Source of the DNA: Glaucostegus cemiculus
Taxonomy: Eukaryota
Length of the DNA: 64,000 nucleotides
Reading direction: 5' to 3'
Assembly: GCA_976551045.1 (NCBI GenBank)
Contig: CDPCPM010000076.1
Coordinates: 14,756,001 to 14,820,000, forward strand
The notes beneath the pieces were generated by a model that was given only the letters and a program-made list of their open reading frames with translations, was not told the origin of the DNA and did not search any database. The position numbers and the translations under genes are program-made. Below are positions 63,300 to 64,000 of this stretch, piece by piece. Each line of letters opens with the position of its first letter. Positions within the stretch are counted from its first letter, which is position 1.

Positions 63300-64000
63300 T
63301 CCTTTGATTTCATATTCTTTGATTCCAAAAATCCAGCAATCCCTCTCCTGAACATACTCAGTGATTGAACCTCATTAAATAGCATTCATTAGCCTCTGAG
63401 TAAAGACTTCTTCTCAACTCAGACCTGAATAACTGACCCCTGATTTTTGACCCTTGGTTCTAAATACCCAGCTAGGGGAAGAAAATCATCCCTGCATAAA
63501 ACCTGTCAAAATCTGTAAGGATTGTATACACTTCAATATCACCTAAAATGACAGCAAGAACCCTGTCTACTTAACCTCCCCTCATAGAACTAACAACCCC
63601 ATCCCAGGAATCAATCTGAAGAAACTTTGTTGCACTCCTTCTATTAGAAGTGTATTCTTTTTTAGGGAGTCCAGACCCATATACAATTTTCCAGGTGCAC
63701 TCTAAGCAAGGCCTTGTATAATTTCTGTATGACATCTTTACTCTTGTGTTAAAGGCCAACATGCCTTTAACCTTCCTAATTGCTTGCTGTTCTTAGATGT
63801 TGATTTTTAGTGATTTATGTATGAGGACACTCATTTGCCACGGACACTGACATCTTTCAATCTTGCACCATTTAAAAATAATGTGCTTTTCTATATTTTT
63901 TTCTCTACCAAAGTGGCTCACCTTACTTTTCACATGATATGCTGTGTGCCATGTCCTCAGCCATTTGGTTAGCCTGTTCATATCCCCCTGAAGTCTTATG
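63300..64000 (-). mobile_element. CR1/HER1 LINE 3' part, running off the window
   Basis: Minus-strand MNRLTKWLRTWHTAYHV.., GMLAF.. and PCLECTW peptides; reverse complement of the 44.5-45.2 kb type. Confidence 0.85.

Noticed and set aside
1-64000. CRISPR array, operon or other prokaryotic or viral system
   Set aside because: No regularly spaced repeat-spacer array and no long intronless ORFs; the window is explained by a spliced vertebrate gene plus repeats.

Overview
Eukaryotic genomic DNA from a cartilaginous fish, probably a ray or shark; this is inferred from the HER1/CR1 LINEs, V-SINEs and Deu-domain SINEs. The window is almost entirely one + strand spliced gene of the DLC family (SAM, Ser-rich linker, RhoGAP, START), best matching STARD8/DLC3. 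Twelve coding exons chain in frame through GT-AG introns (2942 nt, 980 codons plus 2 nt). The last START exons lie beyond the window. Two CpG islands (about 1 kb and about 27 kb) each carry a candidate first exon that splices in frame to the SAM exon. Introns contain CR1/HER1, Rex1/Babar and L2 LINE fragments, V-SINEs, Deu-SINEs, a Gypsy remnant, several nested insertions, and many short Penelope-like repeats with decayed minimal hammerhead ribozyme cores. I found no prokaryotic-type system and no clearly new protein-coding system. The most unusual items are the hammerhead-bearing palindromic repeats, the uORF-rich alternative promoter with its G-tract, and a V-SINE with an apparently Rex1-type tail. 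Repeat family names and human paralog comparisons come from recalled sequences, not from a search.
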